Shown: positions 58,872-64,000 of the stretch, piece after piece | Layout: each line of letters opens with the position of its first letter | Position numbering within the stretch: position 1 is the stretch's first letter | Source: Endomicrobiia bacterium | GTDB taxonomy: Bacteria > Elusimicrobiota > Endomicrobiia > DTEH01 | Direction of reading: 5' to 3' | NCBI GenBank assembly: GCA_025059805.1 | Contig: JANXDG010000050.1 | Location: 18,157-82,156 of the forward strand | Length of the DNA stretch: 64,000 nt | Translations under genes and position numbers: made by a program | The notes under the pieces: model-generated | What the model saw: the letters and a program-made list of their open reading frames with translations, nothing else | The model's database searches: none | Told to the model about the DNA's origin: nothing

Positions 58872-59906
58872 TTAGGATGATATAATAGAATTATTAAAAT
58901 ATTTACTTATTAACTCTGATTTTTCTTCTTCTGCTAAAAACGCTGCTTTAATACTATTATAAACAATTTTTCTTAAATCATTTAAATCAAAGTTAAAAAC
59001 TTTTACGGCCAATTGAAACTCGTAGTTCAAATCTATACCAGAGACTGAAGGATCGTCTGTATTAAGAGTGATTTTTATTCCGTAATCATAATATTTGCGT
59101 GCAGGATGAAGATTAATATTATCTACCACTTGTGTCTGAATGTTAGAAGTTAAACATATTTCTAATGCAATATCATTATCTCTTACAAGTTTCATAATAT
59201 TTTCATCTTCATAGATATGTGTTCCATGACCTATACGCTTAGCACCTAACTCTATCGCGTGTTTTACTTCAACTGCACTTGCAGCTTCTCCTGCGTGACA
59301 GGTTATGGGTATACCAGCTGACCTTGCATACTCAAAAAATTTTTTATAGTTCAAAACTGAAAATTTTGACTCGTCACCAGCAAGGTCTATCCCTACCACA
59401 CCATTACCAAGATATTTTTCTGCCAGTTTTAATGTTTTCCAATTTTGTTCTTCAGTAATAGTGTGGTATCTATACAAACACAAAATAATACCTACACGAA
59501 TTCCAAATTTTTTTTGCCCATATTTTATTCCGTGAAGGACACTTTTAACAACTTCTTCTTCAGTGAAATCATCTCTTGTTTGCAACGGTGGTGCAAAACG
59601 TAATTCTAAGTATTTTATGTTTTCTTTTATTGCAGCATCTTCACAATTCTCGTACGCAATTCTCTCTAGAACATCTGGGAATTTTAAAAATTCATAAAAA
59701 AAATCAAAGGTCTTAAGAAAGTCAGTTAATGATTTACAGTCAGGAGATACCTGCGAATACTTTCTTAATTCTTCAATATCTTGTGTTGGTAGGTTAAAGC
59801 CATGTTCTAATGCTGCATCACGTATTGTCTCAACACGTACGGAACCATCAAGATGTCTATGAAGGTCCACTTTTGGAAGTTTGTAAATAAATTCTTCAAA
59901 GTTCAT
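58872..59906 (-). CDS. add: Adenosine/adenine deaminase
   Basis: LPKVDLHRHLDGS, DLAGDE, HAGE, RIGHG and NTDDP. Confidence 0.92.
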   Translation of the reverse strand: MNFEEFIYKLPKVDLHRHLDGSVRVETIRDAALEHGFNLPTQDIEELRKYSQVSPDCKSLTDFLKTFDFFYEFLKFPDVLERIAYENCEDAAIKENIKYLELRFAPPLQTRDDFTEEEVVKSVLHGIKYGQKKFGIRVGIILCLYRYHTITEEQNWKTLKLAEKYLGNGVVGIDLAGDESKFSVLNYKKFFEYARSAGIPITCHAGEAASAVEVKHAIELGAKRIGHGTHIYEDENIMKLVRDNDIALEICLTSNIQTQVVDNINLHPARKYYDYGIKITLNTDDPSVSGIDLNYEFQLAVKVFNFDLNDLRKIVYNSIKAAFLAEEEKSELISKYFNNSIISS

Positions 59907-59958
59907 AAACGGTGGGATATTGTTATACAAAAAAAAGAAATGAAAATCAACCTATAGG

Positions 59959-62900
59959 CTAACTTTTAGAATTATGCCAGAATTGTAAAGAACCTACATT
60001 AAAATTAACTTTCTTAGTGAGAATATTATAATTCTTCTTTAATTCTTTTATTGATTCTATTACACACTGTGCTGCTTCCAATGTTGTTATTATGGGTATA
60101 TTGTTAACCAGAGCGTTTCTACGAATCATAAATCCATCTGAGAAAGATCTTCCTTTACCAGTCGGTGTGTTTATCACTAAGTTAACATCACGATTTAAAA
60201 TTACATCAACTACGTTTGGTCTTCCTTCGGAAAGTTTGTTAACCTTTTCACAATTGATACCATATTTAGATAAATATTCCGCTGTACCAGAAGTCGCTAT
60301 TATCTTAAAACCTAATTCTGCTAATTGTTTTGCTATTTTAACTCCTTTCTGTTTATCTTTGTTATTCAAACTTAGCAAAACTTTACCTTCTATCGGTATT
60401 TCACTGTTAGCAGCAAATTGTGATTTTGCATATGCTAACGCAAATGTTCTATCAATACCCATAACTTCACCAGTTGACCTCATTTCTGGTGATAAAACTA
60501 CATCTACATCTGCAAATTTTTGAAATGGCAAAACTACTTCTTTTACTGTATAATACTTTAAGTTAAAAATTTTGTCTTGTGAAAAATTATAATGTTTTAA
60601 TAAATCCGATAATTTATAACCTAACATAACTTTAGTAGCAACTTTTGCTATGGGTAAACCAATTGTTTTTGAAACATAAGGTACTGTACGTGACGCACGC
60701 GGGTTAACTTCAAGGACATAAATTATACCGTCTTTTATTGCAAGCTGTAAATTCATTAATCCCTTTACTTTTAATTCCCTTGCCAATAAATTTGTATACT
60801 TAAAAATCGTTTTATATTGTTGTTCTGAGATTGAAATCGGAGGTATTACACATGCGCTATCACCTGAATGTACACCAGCAGCTTCAATATGTTCCATAAT
60901 TCCAGCAATAAAAACTTCTTCACCGTCACATATAACATCAACATCAAGTTCAGTCGCATTTTCTAAAAAACGGTCAATTATTACCGCAGCAGAAGGTGCA
61001 GCAAAACGTTCCGCTTCTTCAAACAACTTTGATAAGTATGAGCTTAACGTAGTTTCATCATAAATAACTTCCATTGCACGGCCACCAAGAACATAAGATG
61101 GCCGCACAATAACAGGAAAACCAATTTTACAAGCAATTCTAATTGCTTCTTTGTAATCCCGTGCATATCCATGTTCAGGATATGGTAGTTTAAGTCTCTT
61201 TAAAACTTTTGCAAAAAGTTCTCTATCTTCTGCAAGAGATATATTCTCAGGTTGCGTCCCTAATACTTTAACATTAAAAGATTTTAACTTTAAGGCAATG
61301 TTAAGTGGTGTCTGACCACCAAACTGTAGTATTACTCCAAGAAGTTTAGTATTTGTAACTTGTGATATAATCTGTTCTGTTTTATATAAATTAAGAACAT
61401 CCTCAAATGTTATAGGCTCAAAGTAAAGTTTATCTGAAGTATCATAATCTGTGGAGACAGTTTCAGGATTACAGTTTACCATTATTGCTTCTATGTTTTC
61501 CTCTTTAAGTGCCATTACAGCATGGACACAACAATAATCAAACTCTATCCCTTGGCCAATACGGTTAGGTCCCGCACCTAATACAATAACTTTGTCTTTA
61601 TTTTTCTTTGTAAATGTTAAACTTTCGTTAAAATACGATAATTCTTCTACTGTATATTTCTGTGAACTATGAACTGTAAACTGTGAACGACTATCAACAC
61701 CGTCATAAGTAGAATAAAAATATGGCGTATATGCTTCAAATTCTGCAGCACAGGTGTCTACCACTTTATAGTTTGGCAGTAAATTTTGTTTTAAACGAAA
61801 GTTCGTAATTTCTTCTGTTTTTTTATCCAACATATACGCAATCTGATGGTCAGAAAAGCCATAGCGTTTAGCTTCCAAAAGTAATTTTTTAAATTCATCA
61901 CTTCCAAATTTTTTCTTAGATTTAGCGAATAACCTAATTCCCTGTTCTAAATCAACGATTTCTTTTATCTGATATATAAACCACTTATCAATACGCGAAA
62001 TTTTAGAAATTTCTTCAACTGACATACCAAGCTGTAACGCATATTTTATGTTAAAAACACGATCACAGTTCGGATGACGTAATTTGTATTCAACAAGTTT
62101 TAAATATTGTTGTCTTTCTTTGTTATCTTCTGGTAAACTCATCAATCTTTCAACTATTTTCACTTGACCTAACCCGTCCGCACCTAAACCATATCTACCT
62201 ATTTCTAACCCACGTAATGCTTTCTGTAGTGCTTCTTTAAAAGTTCGTCCAATAGCCATTACTTCACCTATGGACTTCATCTGTGAACCTAATATTTGAT
62301 AACTATCATTTACAACTTCGCCATTTTTTGTCACTGGTTGAAATTTTTCAAATGCAAATTTTGGTATTTTAACAACTACGTAATCTATTGTTGGTTCAAA
62401 ACATGCTGGTGTCTTCTTAGTTATGTCATTAGGTATCTCATCTAAAGTATAGCCAACAGCTAACAACGCTGCTATTTTCGCAATTGGGAAACCTGTTGCT
62501 TTTGACGCTAACGCTGAAGAACGTGACACTCTGGGATTCATTTCTATTATGACAATCCTGCCAGTTTGAGGGTTAATAGCAAATTGTATGTTAGAACCGC
62601 CAGTTTCCACACCTACAGCTCGTATACACTTAAATGCCATATCACGCATACGTTGATATTCTCTATCAGTGAGCGTCTGTGCAGGCGCAACAGTAATAGA
62701 ATCTCCAGTATGTACACCCATAGGGTCAAAATTTTCTATACTACAAACAATTACACAATTGTTTTTACAATCACGCATCACCTCTAGTTCGTATTCTTTC
62801 CAGCCATCTAAATATTCTTCAATAAGTATCTCAGATATCATTGATGACTGCAGGGCATTTTTTGCAGCTTCTACAAATTCATCTTCGTTGAAAACAATTT

Positions 62901-63438
62901 TAGAACCTGTCCCACCTAAAGTAAACGATGGACGAATAATTAACGGGAAACCAATCTTTTTTGCAATATCTACAGCTTCGGTGAGATTATAAGCAAAACC
63001 ACTTTTTGGTAAATCAAGGCCAACAGCTAACATTGTTTCTTTAAACAATTTTCTGTCCTCACCACGACGTATCGCTTCAACCTTAGCACCAATAAGTTCC
63101 ACATTGTATTTTGAAAGTATACCCAATTCGTCAAGTTTAACCGCAAGATTTAAACCTGTTTGTCCACCAAGTGTCGGAAGTAACGCATCAGGACGTTCTT
63201 TCTCTATAATTTTTTCTAACACTTCGGGAATTAGGGGTTCTATGTAAGTACTATCTGCAAATTCTGGGTCTGTCATTATAGTTGCAGGATTAGAATTAAC
63301 CAGTACAACTTTATAACCCTCTTTTTTTAACACCTTAACAGCTTGAGTACCAGAGTAATCAAATTCACAGGCCTGTCCTATAACTATAGGTCCTGAACCT
63401 ATAACAAGTATTTTTTTAATATCTTTTCTTTTTGGCAT
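59959..63438 (-). CDS. carB: Carbamoyl-phosphate synthase large subunit
   Basis: [24 protein letters not shown], two ATP-grasp domains and MGS domain. Confidence 0.98.
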   Translation of the reverse strand: MPKRKDIKKILVIGSGPIVIGQACEFDYSGTQAVKVLKKEGYKVVLVNSNPATIMTDPEFADSTYIEPLIPEVLEKIIEKERPDALLPTLGGQTGLNLAVKLDELGILSKYNVELIGAKVEAIRRGEDRKLFKETMLAVGLDLPKSGFAYNLTEAVDIAKKIGFPLIIRPSFTLGGTGSKIVFNEDEFVEAAKNALQSSMISEILIEEYLDGWKEYELEVMRDCKNNCVIVCSIENFDPMGVHTGDSITVAPAQTLTDREYQRMRDMAFKCIRAVGVETGGSNIQFAINPQTGRIVIIEMNPRVSRSSALASKATGFPIAKIAALLAVGYTLDEIPNDITKKTPACFEPTIDYVVVKIPKFAFEKFQPVTKNGEVVNDSYQILGSQMKSIGEVMAIGRTFKEALQKALRGLEIGRYGLGADGLGQVKIVERLMSLPEDNKERQQYLKLVEYKLRHPNCDRVFNIKYALQLGMSVEEISKISRIDKWFIYQIKEIVDLEQGIRLFAKSKKKFGSDEFKKLLLEAKRYGFSDHQIAYMLDKKTEEITNFRLKQNLLPNYKVVDTCAAEFEAYTPYFYSTYDGVDSRSQFTVHSSQKYTVEELSYFNESLTFTKKNKDKVIVLGAGPNRIGQGIEFDYCCVHAVMALKEENIEAIMVNCNPETVSTDYDTSDKLYFEPITFEDVLNLYKTEQIISQVTNTKLLGVILQFGGQTPLNIALKLKSFNVKVLGTQPENISLAEDRELFAKVLKRLKLPYPEHGYARDYKEAIRIACKIGFPVIVRPSYVLGGRAMEVIYDETTLSSYLSKLFEEAERFAAPSAAVIIDRFLENATELDVDVICDGEEVFIAGIMEHIEAAGVHSGDSACVIPPISISEQQYKTIFKYTNLLARELKVKGLMNLQLAIKDGIIYVLEVNPRASRTVPYVSKTIGLPIAKVATKVMLGYKLSDLLKHYNFSQDKIFNLKYYTVKEVVLPFQKFADVDVVLSPEMRSTGEVMGIDRTFALAYAKSQFAANSEIPIEGKVLLSLNNKDKQKGVKIAKQLAELGFKIIATSGTAEYLSKYGINCEKVNKLSEGRPNVVDVILNRDVNLVINTPTGKGRSFSDGFMIRRNALVNNIPIITTLEAAQCVIESIKELKKNYNILTKKVNFNVGSLQFWHNSKS
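61662..61688. repeat. Heptamer repeat (GTGAACT family), in frame inside carB
   Basis: gtgaact atgaact gtaaact gtgaac; encodes [10 protein letters not shown]. Confidence 0.85.
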
Positions 63439-63448
63439 AAATTTACTC

Positions 63449-64000
63449 TCAACAAATTGAATACTTTTTTTCTAACAGATTAATAAATTTTTCAAATAAA
63501 TATTTTGAATCATTAGGTCCTGGAGCAGATTCCGGATGATATTGAACTGCAAAAATTGGTAATTTAATATGTTCTATCCCTTCACATGAATAGTCATTTA
63601 AATTTATGTGTGTTACTTTTAATTCTCTATTGCCTTTGACATAATATATATTATCAGCTTGTTCCATCTCTACTGCAAAATTGTGATTTTGTGAAGTAAT
63701 TTCTATCTGTCCATTGACAAAATTTTTAACTGGATGGTTAATACCGTGATGACCAAATTTAAGTTTGTAAGTTTTACCACCAAGTGCTAACGCTATCATT
63801 TGATGTCCTAAACATATACCAAAAATAGGTAAATATGTGTTAGTAGATATAGAATAAGAAATAATCTTTTCTACAGTTTTAAAAACATAAGGTACACCTT
63901 CAGGATCACCAGGACCGTTTGATAAAAATATTCCATCTGGAGAAAAACTTAGTATTTTATCTATACTAGTATCTGCTGGCACAACAATTAAATCACATCC
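63449..64000 (-). CDS. carA: Carbamoyl-phosphate synthase small subunit (5' part outside the window)
   Basis: [19 protein letters not shown] and QYHPE. Confidence 0.97.
   Translation of the reverse strand, partial: GCDLIVVPADTSIDKILSFSPDGIFLSNGPGDPEGVPYVFKTVEKIISYSISTNTYLPIFGICLGHQMIALALGGKTYKLKFGHHGINHPVKNFVNGQIEITSQNHNFAVEMEQADNIYYVKGNRELKVTHINLNDYSCEGIEHIKLPIFAVQYHPESAPGPNDSKYLFEKFINLLEKKYSIC

Noticed and set aside
1034-62992. Numerous short + strand ORFs in the ORF track (e.g. 3001..3459, 6502..7023, 36337..36897, 60092..60523)
   Set aside because: They are antisense shadows of well-supported minus-strand genes, Ser/Ile/Phe-rich and without motifs.

Overview
Low-GC bacterial chromosome segment with almost every gene on the minus strand. 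Gene content and style suggest a diderm anaerobe, possibly Elusimicrobiota-like; this is inference only. Most genes are housekeeping: argD, purF, hisF/hisH, pyrD, moaAC, polX, argS, rsfS, tpiA, secE-nusG-rplK-rplA, panD, clpC, mnmA, add and carAB. The window also has five tRNAs (Ala, Cys, fMet, Gly, Tyr), type IV pilus pilB/pilC, c-di-GMP enzymes and a HEPN-MNT pair. Notable points: (1) one ORF fuses an apparently intact Cas4/AddB-like Fe-S PD-(D/E)XK nuclease to GAF and an intact GGEEF diguanylate cyclase; (2) 7- and 8-bp tandem repeats occur in intergenic DNA and in frame inside conserved enzymes, giving the same SQFTVHSS peptide in HisF and CarB; (3) a YgeW-like carbamoyltransferase, carbamate kinase and PLP-lyase operon has a palindromic operator; (4) there is an archaeal-type Clp1 RNA kinase; (5) tRNA-fMet and tRNA-Cys are non-canonical and rsfS probably starts at ATA. 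No CRISPR array, prophage or intact transposase was seen.
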